64,000 nucleotides of DNA from Enterobacteria phage Aplg8. Every line of letters starts with the position of its first letter. Position 1 is the stretch's first letter. The DNA lies in sequence record NC_054902.1, one strand, 5' to 3'. The notes beneath the pieces were generated by a model, which saw only the letters and a list, made by a program, of their open reading frames with translations, did no database searches and was not told where the DNA came from. This document shows, piece after piece, positions 30,042-39,331 of the stretch. A program made the translations under genes and the position numbers.

Positions 30042-30224
30042 TTATTTTGCCCAGGGAGCCCAGGGCGGAGGGTCAAGATGGTATGAAGCTAGTTCTTCTA
30101 GAAGAGCATCTGGGGCTTCAATTCCATAATTCTGTAATACTATACGGTATTCTTTCTTATAATCACTAGAATCATTCTGGATATTCGTAGAATGATTATC
30201 TTCTAACATCTCAAATAAATCCAT
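30042..30224 (-). CDS. Hypothetical protein, 60 aa
   Basis: ORF. Confidence 0.35.
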   Translation of the reverse strand: MDLFEMLEDNHSTNIQNDSSDYKKEYRIVLQNYGIEAPDALLEELASYHLDPPPWAPWAK

Positions 30225-30232
30225 ACTAATTC

Positions 30233-30703
30233 CTAGCGATAAAAACCAAATTGACGATTAGCTTCAATAATCTTTCTTTCTTCTTCGGACATTCTCCAAC
30301 GTAGTCCAACATCAAAATGAGCCCAGACCATCTTAACAAATGCATTTATATCTTTAATATCTTCAATAATGAATGTTTTACTTTTAGAAGGTTGACTCGC
30401 TAATTTAACTTTATCGTCTTCAAACATGTCAAAAAGACCATATTCATGAGCTCTTTTATAGCCTTTAATAGTTAAAGCTTCAGAAGAAGAAAATGGTGAA
30501 TCTGTATTCTGCAAAATATCTTCAGTATGCTTTATAATTAGAATAATATTTTCTGGATATTTTCTTTCTTTTATATCTTTAATTAAAATATCCGGATTTT
30601 CTGCTAAAGGAATAATTAACGAGCATTTTTTATCAAGTGTATTTACTGATTTACCTTCTTTAGACATAAATCCTATTGAATACAGTTTTGCTACTTCAAT
30701 CAT
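30233..30703 (-). CDS. Hypothetical protein, 156 aa
   Basis: ORF. Confidence 0.45.
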   Translation of the reverse strand: MIEVAKLYSIGFMSKEGKSVNTLDKKCSLIIPLAENPDILIKDIKERKYPENIILIIKHTEDILQNTDSPFSSSEALTIKGYKRAHEYGLFDMFEDDKVKLASQPSKSKTFIIEDIKDINAFVKMVWAHFDVGLRWRMSEEERKIIEANRQFGFYR

Positions 30704-30856
30704 GTGATTTCCTCTTGCCTACTAATGGACCATCAGGAATTTTGTTTTCCTGGATATATTTCTCATTTTCTTCCATCATTTTACTACCGATTTTAAGAAG
30801 CAAATCTAAGGCTTCATTTGCTTTATCCTTAGCCTCTTCTAACGTCATGTTCTTGT

Positions 30857-31060
30857 TCATGATTTATCCCCATAGATGTCTCTCATCAATTTAAGCACTG
30901 AGCGTTCTAATTTCTTTTCTTTCTCAGCACTAATCATTGATTTCATCCATTCTTCTGATTCGTTCTGCATTTCTTTATTTGCCTGTTCAACCCAACCATC
31001 ATCAATATACATTGAGTTTGGTCTACTGAACCATTCAAGCATCTTCTTCAGAACTTTCAT
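30857..31060 (-). CDS. Hypothetical protein, 67 aa
   Basis: ORF. Confidence 0.35.
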   Translation of the reverse strand: MKVLKKMLEWFSRPNSMYIDDGWVEQANKEMQNESEEWMKSMISAEKEKKLERSVLKLMRDIYGDKS

Positions 31061-31520
31061 TTGTTTTACCTAAAACAATAGTAGGAGCATCGTCAAATTC
31101 ATGAATTTTTAGCAATTTTGGATTTAAATTATTCCATACATAATAAATAAAGTATGATAAAGCATCTTCACTCGCAATTATAAATTTATTTCCTTCATTT
31201 ATTTTCCAGTCATATACTGAATCGTACGAATAAAAAGATAAAGGATTACCATTATATTGTTCTGCGCTAACATTAATGTATTCGGATTTAGTAAATGCTT
31301 CAATTGCTCTAAACGGACTATTTGGCACAGTTTCAATAATTCCGATCTTTTTAAGTTTTATTTCAACATCTTCTGGAACTGGCATTGAAACGAAATTTTC
31401 TACGAGATACATAGGGTTACAATAACCCCTATCAATCACTACGGCTACAGTAATTGGAACATCTTTAGCAAACGACATGCTATTACTGCTAATATACATT
31501 TCAAACAAAATCGCTTCCAT
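31035..31520 (-). CDS. Hypothetical protein, about 161 aa (mrh-sized)
   Basis: Start at MEAILFEMY avoids overlap with the upstream ORF. Confidence 0.4.
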   Translation of the reverse strand: MEAILFEMYISSNSMSFAKDVPITVAVVIDRGYCNPMYLVENFVSMPVPEDVEIKLKKIGIIETVPNSPFRAIEAFTKSEYINVSAEQYNGNPLSFYSYDSVYDWKINEGNKFIIASEDALSYFIYYVWNNLNPKLLKIHEFDDAPTIVLGKTNESSEEDA

Positions 31521-31528
31521 AATTTTCC

Positions 31529-31870
31529 TCAATCGCAAGATGTAGATGAACAACCAGAATCACAAGAACTTCCACATGAATCACCTGCCCATACATGAAC
31601 AGGAACATTGGTGTCATATGAATCAGAACTAGACTGTGTATTTTGTGTGTTAGATGATGCAGTAGGTGTTGACCAGCGCCAAGGATTTTTATAATATTCT
31701 TGGGCTTCTTCATAAGTCATAGTAACTGCTTCTACTGTTCCATCTCCCATATAAACATACTCAACTACAGTTAAAGGAAGGTAGTCATTTGAAATAGGAA
31801 CTACACCTTCTCCAGGAGTCGTAGAGAAAAAATCCGTAAAGAAACTTTTAAACCAATTAAAAATAAACAT
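31529..31870 (-). CDS. Hypothetical protein with Cys/Ser-rich C-terminal tail
   Basis: 113 aa; C-terminus ...[20 protein letters not shown]. Confidence 0.4.
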   Translation of the reverse strand: MFIFNWFKSFFTDFFSTTPGEGVVPISNDYLPLTVVEYVYMGDGTVEAVTMTYEEAQEYYKNPWRWSTPTASSNTQNTQSSSDSYDTNVPVHVWAGDSCGSSCDSGCSSTSCD

Positions 31871-32076
31871 TACAAAAAGCCTCTTTTGAATTCGACTTGC
31901 TTCTCACCATAATCATATCGAATCTCTGCATTAAATTCGACAGAACCATCTGCGTACATCATAAATGAATGCACAACAACTTCTGTAGACCATGGTTGTA
32001 GTTCATATTTCTTCATTACATGCCGTGAAATGATAATATCTAAATCTTCATTTGGTTTAATCCAACGATTTAACAT
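31870..32076 (-). CDS. Hypothetical protein, 68 aa
   Basis: ORF downstream of an early promoter. Confidence 0.4.
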   Translation of the reverse strand: MLNRWIKPNEDLDIIISRHVMKKYELQPWSTEVVVHSFMMYADGSVEFNAEIRYDYGEKQVEFKRGFL

Positions 32077-32097
32077 AGTGCTCTCCTCTATAAGATA

Positions 32098-32135
32098 ATT
32101 CTATTATACCATACTCATTTTGGAAAGTAAACCAT
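32098..32135 (-). promoter_or_regulatory. T4 early promoter
   Basis: - strand GTTTAC, spacer, GGTATAATAG. Confidence 0.5.
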
Positions 32136-32146
32136 TTAAATGAAAA

Positions 32147-32168
32147 AAGGACTCCCGAAGGAGTCCTT
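32147..32168 (-). terminator. Rho-independent terminator downstream of soc
   Basis: 9-bp stem aaggactcc/ggagtcctt with cgaa loop, followed on the - strand by a U-run. Confidence 0.6.
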
Positions 32169-32172
32169 GAAT

Positions 32173-32418
32173 TTATTCACCAGTTACTTTCCACAAATCT
32201 TCATTTGCAGCAATCCATTCAGTACGTTGATTTTCTTCATATACTGTAGAATATGCTGCTTTTTCTGAAGGGAATGTCTGATAATGAGCACCAGAAATTT
32301 TGTGAACGTCAGAATAAAGAGGGAAAGCTACAGAAATTTCCTTTCCTTCAATTTTCTTATTTCCATCTAATTTCTGCTCAAATGTTTTGATATTAACATA
32401 ACCGCGAGTACTAGCCAT
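32173..32418 (-). CDS. soc: Small outer capsid protein Soc
   Basis: 81 aa; MASTRGYVNIKTFEQKLDGNKKIEGKEISVAFPLY... matches T4 Soc. Confidence 0.85.
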   Translation of the reverse strand: MASTRGYVNIKTFEQKLDGNKKIEGKEISVAFPLYSDVHKISGAHYQTFPSEKAAYSTVYEENQRTEWIAANEDLWKVTGE

Positions 32419-32434
32419 GTAATTCTCCTTTTAT

Positions 32435-32644
32435 TTAAATTACATGATTATTTATAATAAATTCTCGCGGAACGTTAAAATACCCAATTTTAGTTAATAT
32501 AACAATATCGCCGTTAATAATTACCGGAGAATAATCGGCTGGAGCATTAAATTTCCAATGGGCTCTAATATTATATCCATCAGAACCAAATGCTCGACTA
32601 GCCGGTCTCCCGGCTTTTTGCCACGCGTAGAAATCAAATTTCAT
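32435..32644 (-). CDS. Hypothetical protein, 69 aa
   Basis: ORF between 56 and soc. Confidence 0.35.
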   Translation of the reverse strand: MKFDFYAWQKAGRPASRAFGSDGYNIRAHWKFNAPADYSPVIINGDIVILTKIGYFNVPREFIINNHVI

Positions 32645-32835
32645 TTTGAATGATCTATAATTAATTTTAAATCTTCTTCACTGACAAAAATTTCGTCAGG
32701 ACCTTCTATAACTTCAACCATACGAAGTTGATTAGTTAAGAGCTCACATACGAGCTCCTTGTTATAATCTTTAAATAGCTGGTCAATACGTTTCTTGCGG
32801 GCTTTCTTAAGCTGGCGTTTATTTAAACGAGCCAT
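32641..32835 (-). CDS. Hypothetical protein, 64 aa
   Basis: ORF between 56 and soc. Confidence 0.35.
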   Translation of the reverse strand: MARLNKRQLKKARKKRIDQLFKDYNKELVCELLTNQLRMVEVIEGPDEIFVSEEDLKLIIDHSK

Positions 32836-33353
32836 TAATAGCCTCTGTCTTGACGAGCGAAGTTTTCAGCATTTTTCAGATAATAAAGTTTAAATATTTC
32901 TTCAGCTGACATTCCAAGAGCAATGAATTTATTCATGAAAAAGTGAAATTGATCAATCAGTTCAAATTTAATTTCAAGTTGATCTTCAGGAGATAAATCT
33001 TGAATTTTCTTGGATTGCATTTCAGAATAACGTTTCTTCCAAGGTTTCCATACAGCAGAAGCTTCTTTTTCACCATTACTCATACCACCAAGAGAAGTAT
33101 ATAGCTCGCGAGTTTCGTCTGCGATATAATCGTCTTGGTTTCGCAGCCAAGCAAGAACTTCTCCTGCAGTTTCAAGTGAATCAGGATGACGATTTGTTTC
33201 TGGTTTATCATTAGCCAAACGAATCTGTAAATGCCGCTGCATATCAAGCATAACCTGCAGTGGGTCAATATTGTGCATAATATTCTCAGCATATGCACGA
33301 TTTGCTTTATCAACACCTTCGATCAAATGAGCACATTCATTAAAGTAAGCCAT
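32835..33353 (-). CDS. 56: dCTP pyrophosphatase gp56 (MazG-like)
   Basis: About 172 aa from MAYFNECAHLIEGVDKA... with GAAAGGAAA ribosome-binding site; the ORF-track N-terminal extension is probably not translated. Confidence 0.85.
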   Translation of the reverse strand: MAYFNECAHLIEGVDKANRAYAENIMHNIDPLQVMLDMQRHLQIRLANDKPETNRHPDSLETAGEVLAWLRNQDDYIADETRELYTSLGGMSNGEKEASAVWKPWKKRYSEMQSKKIQDLSPEDQLEIKFELIDQFHFFMNKFIALGMSAEEIFKLYYLKNAENFARQDRGY

Positions 33354-33424
33354 TATTTTTCCTTTCAATTCATGGGTTAGTAGATTAATTATACAATAAA
33401 TATATAAAGCAATAAGGAGGACAT

Positions 33425-33625
33425 ATGATACAAAAATTAATGGCACTTGTTAATGCCATAAAAGGTAATAAGAAACGTATAGCTTTTACTATTTCTGCTA
33501 TGGTAGGAATTTTACTCTGGAACTTTATTTTATCACCTGTTGCAATTGCACATGGTATTAATATTCCAGTAGTTACTCTTGATACATTCGTAGATTTAGC
33601 ATTTGCTTTAGTTGGGTTAATTTAA
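33425..33625 (+). CDS. Small membrane protein, 66 aa, on the opposite strand in the 56-61 gap
   Basis: Strong AAGGAGG ribosome-binding site 5 nt before the ATG; two hydrophobic segments; its stop overlaps the stop of gene 61. Confidence 0.5.
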   Translation: MIQKLMALVNAIKGNKKRIAFTISAMVGILLWNFILSPVAIAHGINIPVVTLDTFVDLAFALVGLI

Positions 33626-34650
33626 ATCTTAGCATATTTAGATAACCTCATTTTAGCCATCAACCCCTGGGCAATATTATTTTTCATATATTCCATAATT
33701 TGTTCAGGGGTTGCACCTTCCTTTCTAATCATATCATTAACATCTTTTGATTTCCAGGGAGATTTATCCCAAAACATAACTCTTTCTCCTGCATCAACTA
33801 ATTTAGTCATTCGTTTGATAGTGTCAGGATGACGAGGTTCATTATCTAAAACCCACACACGTCTATCTTTAAATGGAACAACTTCTAGGTCTAATTGACC
33901 ACCCGTAATAGCTATACCATTTTCAATAAAAAGTGAATCTATAGGTCCTTCTAGAACATATACATCACCATCTTTAACTCGTTCGACTCCATAGATTTTT
34001 GTTGCTTCAGGATAAGCTTTGATGGTGATATATTTTTGGGGAGCATCTTTCTTTAATGCACGTCCTTGAAAAGACTCAGCTTTTCCATTAGCATTATAAA
34101 TTGGAATAACAAGACGAGGCTCAGAAATTTCCTTTTTGTATGTTCCCGGTGCTATGCTATTAACTAATTTAGGCCATTCGGTTGTAAACCAAAGATATTT
34201 CCATTTATCCTTTGGAATACAACGAGCTTTTACATATTTTATAATTGGATGGTCTTCCGCCAGTTTATCTAATCTAACACATGACGGAAGAGATTTAATT
34301 ATTTTCTTCTCAGGTTGCTTAGGAAGTTCTTTAGGTTTTTCTACTGGACGACTTTTACCTTTTTCTTTTCTTATTTCAAAGATATACTCACGATATAAAT
34401 CAGGTTCAAACTCCTTTAAATATATTCCGATTGGTGCATGATAATTACAGTTATAACAATGAATATTTCCTTCATTATTATCACCATAATACCATCCACG
34501 AGCTTTATTCTGGTCGGTTTTTGAATCTCCACAAACAGGACATCTAAACCGCAATTTAAAAGTTGAACTATTATTTACTTGTGTGAATTTAGGTAAATGA
34601 GCTAATGCACGGTATGCAAACTCATTATCAATCCAAGGTATTGATGACAT
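33622..34650 (-). CDS. 61: DNA primase gp61
   Basis: 342 aa, same as T4 gp61; N-terminal zinc ribbon CPVCGDS...CYNC. Confidence 0.9.
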   Translation of the reverse strand: MSSIPWIDNEFAYRALAHLPKFTQVNNSSTFKLRFRCPVCGDSKTDQNKARGWYYGDNNEGNIHCYNCNYHAPIGIYLKEFEPDLYREYIFEIRKEKGKSRPVEKPKELPKQPEKKIIKSLPSCVRLDKLAEDHPIIKYVKARCIPKDKWKYLWFTTEWPKLVNSIAPGTYKKEISEPRLVIPIYNANGKAESFQGRALKKDAPQKYITIKAYPEATKIYGVERVKDGDVYVLEGPIDSLFIENGIAITGGQLDLEVVPFKDRRVWVLDNEPRHPDTIKRMTKLVDAGERVMFWDKSPWKSKDVNDMIRKEGATPEQIMEYMKNNIAQGLMAKMRLSKYAKI

Positions 34651-34652
34651 TT

Positions 34653-34817
34653 TTACTCTTCTTTTTCTTTAGATTCCTCTTTCTTCTTTTTAGGAATCTG
34701 TTCAGGACCTTTATTTACTACAGCACCTGACGTTGTTCCAGTAGAGATATTTTCAGGATTACCGCCTGAATCTCCAGCGACCATATCTTCTTTAATAAAT
34801 TCTTTATATGTTTTCAT
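34653..34817 (-). CDS. Hypothetical Lys/Glu-rich protein, 54 aa
   Basis: Fills the gap between the 208-aa ORF and gene 61. Not in the ORF track. Confidence 0.3.
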   Translation of the reverse strand: MKTYKEFIKEDMVAGDSGGNPENISTGTTSGAVVNKGPEQIPKKKKEESKEKEE

Positions 34818-34818
34818 A

Positions 34819-35445
34819 TTAACCTCTATTCATAAAAGCATTAAAAATTTGGTCATCAATAGAAACATTTACTTTAGACTGTTTTTCAGATGGCAATTCA
34901 TATCCACATATTACAATTTTGTGATCAATATCAAAATATACAGAAGCAATATGATTAATGATGTTTTCAGTAAAGTCTAAATCAACATCAATATCTTTTT
35001 GACCACAGCCCAAAGGATAAATAATGCGAGTAATTCGATTATCTTTAACAAAGATTCCACCGACATACTCTGTACTGCGTTTAAAGTCTACACGCCGACG
35101 AAATGAAAAATATTCAGGCTCTTTATGAGCTCGGCTCATAGGACACAACGAATAACTAGAATAAGAGATGTCAAATCCTACGCCTTCGATATGAGCCAAA
35201 GTGTCATGATTAAACCAATTATAATCGTACGCCAAATCCATTAGATTATAATATGTAAAAGGCACCGGATTAACATCATTAGTCACAAGCATGTAATTAG
35301 CAACTGCTATAATTTCATTGTTTTTAACGAATACAAACCGTGATTGATGCGAATGACCTGGACCCGCGTTTTCACGATTAATGATATAACACTGGGCACC
35401 TTTATATTTGTATGTATCTTTGCACTTGTGCATTTGATAGAGCAT
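34819..35445 (-). CDS. Hypothetical protein, 208 aa
   Basis: ORF between sp and 61. Confidence 0.5.
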   Translation of the reverse strand: MLYQMHKCKDTYKYKGAQCYIINRENAGPGHSHQSRFVFVKNNEIIAVANYMLVTNDVNPVPFTYYNLMDLAYDYNWFNHDTLAHIEGVGFDISYSSYSLCPMSRAHKEPEYFSFRRRVDFKRSTEYVGGIFVKDNRITRIIYPLGCGQKDIDVDLDFTENIINHIASVYFDIDHKIVICGYELPSEKQSKVNVSIDDQIFNAFMNRG

Positions 35446-35738
35446 TATTCACCTACCACTTCAGCGATGATATTTTTGTTATTAAAGTTTTTATCGCAAT
35501 ACAGAACATAATTATACTGCATTACACCACCAGACTTAAGTTGTTTTTGCACTTCAGCTTTCATTTCAGGACGATCACGCTCAACGATATTCATAATATC
35601 CGCTTCAATTTGAGTTTCAACTTCAGTCTGATCCGCAGTCATAGACCATTCGCACAAATCTTTATCATAACCTGCCATAGCAGGCTGAGCAGCGCAAGAA
35701 GCTAAAGCAAAAATTGTAGCAAAGATAAATTTTTTCAT
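35445..35738 (-). CDS. sp: Spackle-like periplasmic protein (superinfection exclusion; lysozyme inhibitor)
   Basis: 97 aa with signal peptide MKKFIFATIFALASCAAQPAMA; T4 position (61.3) and size. Confidence 0.55.
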   Translation of the reverse strand: MKKFIFATIFALASCAAQPAMAGYDKDLCEWSMTADQTEVETQIEADIMNIVERDRPEMKAEVQKQLKSGGVMQYNYVLYCDKNFNNKNIIAEVVGE

Positions 35739-35759
35739 GATAATCTCCTCAGTAGTTTA

Positions 35760-35800
35760 TGTTTATATAGTATCTCAATTTCCAACAAAAGTAAACAGTT
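35760..35800 (-). promoter_or_regulatory. T4 early promoter
   Basis: - strand GTTTAC (35791-35796), spacer, GATACTATATAAAC. Confidence 0.5.
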
Positions 35801-36098
35801 ATTTTAAAATTTCTGCGTAATCACATGTTACAAACTGTTTCTCTAGCTTGACGATTTTACGAAAGTATCTTTTACATTGACGAATCTGTCGCTTAGTAGG
35901 GCGCACAGCAAACTTAATAAATTCCACTCGACCAAATGGAGGGCTTTCTTCTGATGGAATATCTAACACCAATTCCCACGTATCTGCAATAAGTGCTTTG
36001 AATTGCGTATTTTTCCTGACGTTATACGGAGTAGGTTTAAATAAAACAATATGCATATTATCCTCGGCAATCCACTTCACATACTTTCTTGTCATCAA
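35799..36098 (-). CDS. Hypothetical protein, 99 aa
   Basis: ORF. Confidence 0.4.
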   Translation of the reverse strand: MMTRKYVKWIAEDNMHIVLFKPTPYNVRKNTQFKALIADTWELVLDIPSEESPPFGRVEFIKFAVRPTKRQIRQCKRYFRKIVKLEKQFVTCDYAEILK

Positions 36099-36240
36099 TG
36101 AAAGCTTTAACTAATGCTTTATTAACTTCAGCATATTGAGTAGTAGCCCATTGAACGTCATCTTTCATCATTGTGGTTTCTTTAGTAAACATGCTTTCAT
36201 TCTTAAACCACCCCATAAAAACTACCTTTACCAATTCCAT
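36058..36240 (-). CDS. dmd: Dmd-like protein (inhibitor of RnlA/LsoA toxin RNases)
   Basis: 60 aa, immediately downstream of gene 41, as for T4 dmd (61.5); assignment by size and position. Confidence 0.5.
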   Translation of the reverse strand: MELVKVVFMGWFKNESMFTKETTMMKDDVQWATTQYAEVNKALVKAFIDDKKVCEVDCRG

Positions 36241-36298
36241 AACAATCTCCTCATTTAACCAACAAGACTACTATACCATAGTCTTGTCAGCTTGTAAA

Positions 36299-37726
36299 CT
36301 AAAATTTTAATTCATTCGCCAAAGCATCTAACTGAGCTCGAGTGGATTCATTTCTTTGATAGCGATTCTGCTCAGCCTGAATCTGTTGTGAACCTGCTAC
36401 TTCGTTCACTTCAGTTGGAGTAGAATCTTGTTCAATTTCTACCCATTTCTGATTTCCTTTTTGAACACCCATCAAAAACTTATTCCATTTGTTCTTATCG
36501 CCATATCGTGATTTGATTTGCTTAATGAGTTGTTGTTCAGCAGCTGCTAGCTCCTCGGTTTCAATGACCGCAAGCATAAAATCAGCTGTTGCTGGAAGAC
36601 CAGCAGATTCTGCAATATCGCTCATGTTAACATCAGAAGAGTCCCAAGCTTGTTTACCGACCTGTGCTGCAGTCCAAAGAACAGTTTCGGTTTCAACAGC
36701 AAGAGCACGCAATTCCTCTGCAATAGCTTTAACAGTTGTGTAACTATTTTCTGAATAAACTCGGATGCGACAAGATTTACAAATACCTAGATAGTCGACA
36801 ATAATGATTGTTGGAACAAAATTCTTTTTGAGCTTCAATTCATTCAAGAGAGACCTGAATGTATTAGCGTCTGCTCCACCAGTAGGATACTGTTTAACGA
36901 TTAAACGACCGAGGGTAGATTTCTCACGCCATTTTTCCATTTTTCCTTTATACTCGGCGTAAGAAATATGTCCATCATCAATATCGTCAAGAGAAACATC
37001 GAGCATATTAGCATCAATACGTTTAGCACAGACTTCTTCTGCCATTTCCATGGAGATATAAAGAACGTTATGACCAAGCTGCAAATAATCTGCTGCTAAT
37101 GAACAAAGTCCTAATGATTTACCAACGTTAACGCCAGCCATTAAAACGTTCAGTGTTCCAGTCTCAGCTCCGCCTTTAGTAATTTTGTTTAGAATTCTGA
37201 GTTTAAATGGAACCTTACGAGCTTTATTCATATAAGATAGCCAACGCGCTTCGTAGTCATCCATCCAATCATGACCAACGTAACTATCAAATGAAATTGA
37301 TAATGCTTGGCGCATGATGTCAGGAATAGCACCAACATCCGGCATTTTCTTATTTCGTTTTTCCGGAGGAAGTTCAGCATTAGTTTGAATTTCGATTATT
37401 TTAGACGTAGCATTAAACATCGCCCTTTGCTGAACATATTTTTCTGTTTCTTTTACTAACCAACTGTGGTCTTCCGGAGAATCAGCTAGTTTTGAAATAA
37501 GTGTTTTTACACCAGAATATTCTGTTTCAGTAAATGAACTATTTTCTAATGCAACATTTAACGCATTAATAGATGGAACGCTATGGTACTCATTAACATG
37601 AGATTTAATTAATTTGAATGTATTTTTAGCTGGACCACTTTCAAAATATTCTGAATCCATATATGGCCAAACTTTTGAAAAATAAGCTTGATCAAATATA
37701 AGATGAGAAAGAATAATTTCTACCAC
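36299..37726 (-). CDS. 41: Replicative DNA helicase gp41 (DnaB-like)
   Basis: 475 aa, same as T4 gp41; Walker A GVNVGKS. Confidence 0.9.
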   Translation of the reverse strand: MVEIILSHLIFDQAYFSKVWPYMDSEYFESGPAKNTFKLIKSHVNEYHSVPSINALNVALENSSFTETEYSGVKTLISKLADSPEDHSWLVKETEKYVQQRAMFNATSKIIEIQTNAELPPEKRNKKMPDVGAIPDIMRQALSISFDSYVGHDWMDDYEARWLSYMNKARKVPFKLRILNKITKGGAETGTLNVLMAGVNVGKSLGLCSLAADYLQLGHNVLYISMEMAEEVCAKRIDANMLDVSLDDIDDGHISYAEYKGKMEKWREKSTLGRLIVKQYPTGGADANTFRSLLNELKLKKNFVPTIIIVDYLGICKSCRIRVYSENSYTTVKAIAEELRALAVETETVLWTAAQVGKQAWDSSDVNMSDIAESAGLPATADFMLAVIETEELAAAEQQLIKQIKSRYGDKNKWNKFLMGVQKGNQKWVEIEQDSTPTEVNEVAGSQQIQAEQNRYQRNESTRAQLDALANELKF

Positions 37727-37735
37727 ACTTACTCC

Positions 37736-38098
37736 TTAAAAGAATTTAAACTTTTTCTTTGACCTTTTATTAAATGCATCTTGTAGTTGCATTGTAATAC
37801 ATTTTTCTACATGAGGAGCTAACTCAGCTTTTCTTTCTTGGTCAAGAACAGCAAAGTCCATTACAACCTTTCCATCAACCCAATCCAGTTTAGTTACATA
37901 CACTATATGTGTAGAACCATCTTCTAGTTTAATGACAATCTCCTGGATAACATTTTCCATGGCAGATTTAATTATCTTAAGAGATTCATTAAAAAGACGT
38001 TCTTTTCTTTCTTCTTCCCCCTCCGAAGAGGGGGATTCGTCGATAATTTCTAGATCTAAATCTAAATCATCTTTATTCATTAAATTCTTCCATATCAC
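37736..38098 (-). CDS. gp40-like protein (head assembly)
   Basis: 120 aa between uvsX and 41, as for T4 gene 40. Confidence 0.45.
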   Translation of the reverse strand: MIWKNLMNKDDLDLDLEIIDESPSSEGEEERKERLFNESLKIIKSAMENVIQEIVIKLEDGSTHIVYVTKLDWVDGKVVMDFAVLDQERKAELAPHVEKCITMQLQDAFNKRSKKKFKFF

Positions 38099-39254
38099 TT
38101 AACTGTTCGAGGTCAGTTTCTAAATCAGCTGCTGATTTACTTTTACTTTCTGGAGATTTAAATTTTTCAACCTTTGAGTTAATCAATTCATCAACTTCAG
38201 CTTCAACAATTTCATTACTATCAATAGCACCTAATTGATAAGCACGTTTAATAGCATCTCGGAATGGTTGATGCTTAAATAAAGGACCCCAGAATGTAGT
38301 GCAGTTGGTATCTTTTGCACGCCAAGATTTTTCTTCGCGAATCATCTCGCCGGTTTCTTCGTCAAGAAATTCACGAGCATACCAGCCATTTTTAGGTTTT
38401 ACTACAAATCCTAATTCTAGAGCCATATCTAACAATCCAGAATAAGGATCGATACCACCGTCAAATTTAACATCAATAAAGAATTTACTTTTTTCTTTAA
38501 CGGTACGAGATTTTTCTACATTTAGAACAAATTGATACCCCTGAAGATCAGAACCATCTTTAATCTGGCGTTTACCGATAATGAATACAGTATCAGCCGA
38601 ATACATTACGCCTGTACCACCTGTCATCACGGTTTTACTAAACATTTCAATTGTTTCAATTGTATGGTTAACCGCAACGCACGGAATATTTTTAATGCTA
38701 AAATAAGGAGTAACAATACGGAATAATGACTTCAGTGATTTAGCACGAGTCATATCTGCCACAGATTTTTCATTCAAGGCATCTTCCGTTTCTTTCTTAG
38801 AAGCCATATTACCAATTGAGTCGATGAATACTATAACCTTTTCACCACGCTCAATAGCTTCAAGCTGATTCACCATATCAATTTTCAGCTGTTCAACTGA
38901 CTGGATTGGCGTATGAATTACTCGTTCCGGGTCAACTCCCATGGATCGCAAATAAGCTGGAGTAATACCAAATTCGCTATCATAGAATAGACAAACCGCG
39001 TCAGGATATTTGTTCAAATACGCCGCAACCATAGTCAAAGACATATTTGATTTAAAGTGTTTAGAAGGACCTGCAAAAATAGTTAAACCAGACTGCATGC
39101 CGCCATCAATCGCACCAGAAATAGCAATATTAAGCATTGGGATTTTTGTACGGATTACATCCTTTTCATTAAAGAATTTAGATGTAGTCAGTTCAGCAGT
39201 CATTTTAGAAGTGGAAGCTTTAATCAAACGGGATTTTAAATCTGCAATAGACAT
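38073..39254 (-). CDS. uvsX: UvsX recombinase (RecA-like)
   Basis: 393 aa; MSIADLKSRLIKASTSKMTAEL..., Walker A GPSKHFKS; T4 UvsX-like. Confidence 0.9.
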   Translation of the reverse strand: MSIADLKSRLIKASTSKMTAELTTSKFFNEKDVIRTKIPMLNIAISGAIDGGMQSGLTIFAGPSKHFKSNMSLTMVAAYLNKYPDAVCLFYDSEFGITPAYLRSMGVDPERVIHTPIQSVEQLKIDMVNQLEAIERGEKVIVFIDSIGNMASKKETEDALNEKSVADMTRAKSLKSLFRIVTPYFSIKNIPCVAVNHTIETIEMFSKTVMTGGTGVMYSADTVFIIGKRQIKDGSDLQGYQFVLNVEKSRTVKEKSKFFIDVKFDGGIDPYSGLLDMALELGFVVKPKNGWYAREFLDEETGEMIREEKSWRAKDTNCTTFWGPLFKHQPFRDAIKRAYQLGAIDSNEIVEAEVDELINSKVEKFKSPESKSKSAADLETDLEQLSDMEEFNE

Positions 39255-39331
39255 TCATTTTTTCCATAGGCATCATTATATTTTCCTCACTGGTTAAAGA
39301 TAGAGTAATTATAACACAATAAATTTAGGCA

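Noticed and set aside
32835-33446. 203-aa version of gp56 with hydrophobic N-terminal extension (MPLIFVSYVLL...)
   Set aside because: The conserved dCTPase starts at MAYFNECAH with a good ribosome-binding site; the extension overlaps the promoter region of the + strand ORF and is unlikely to be translated.
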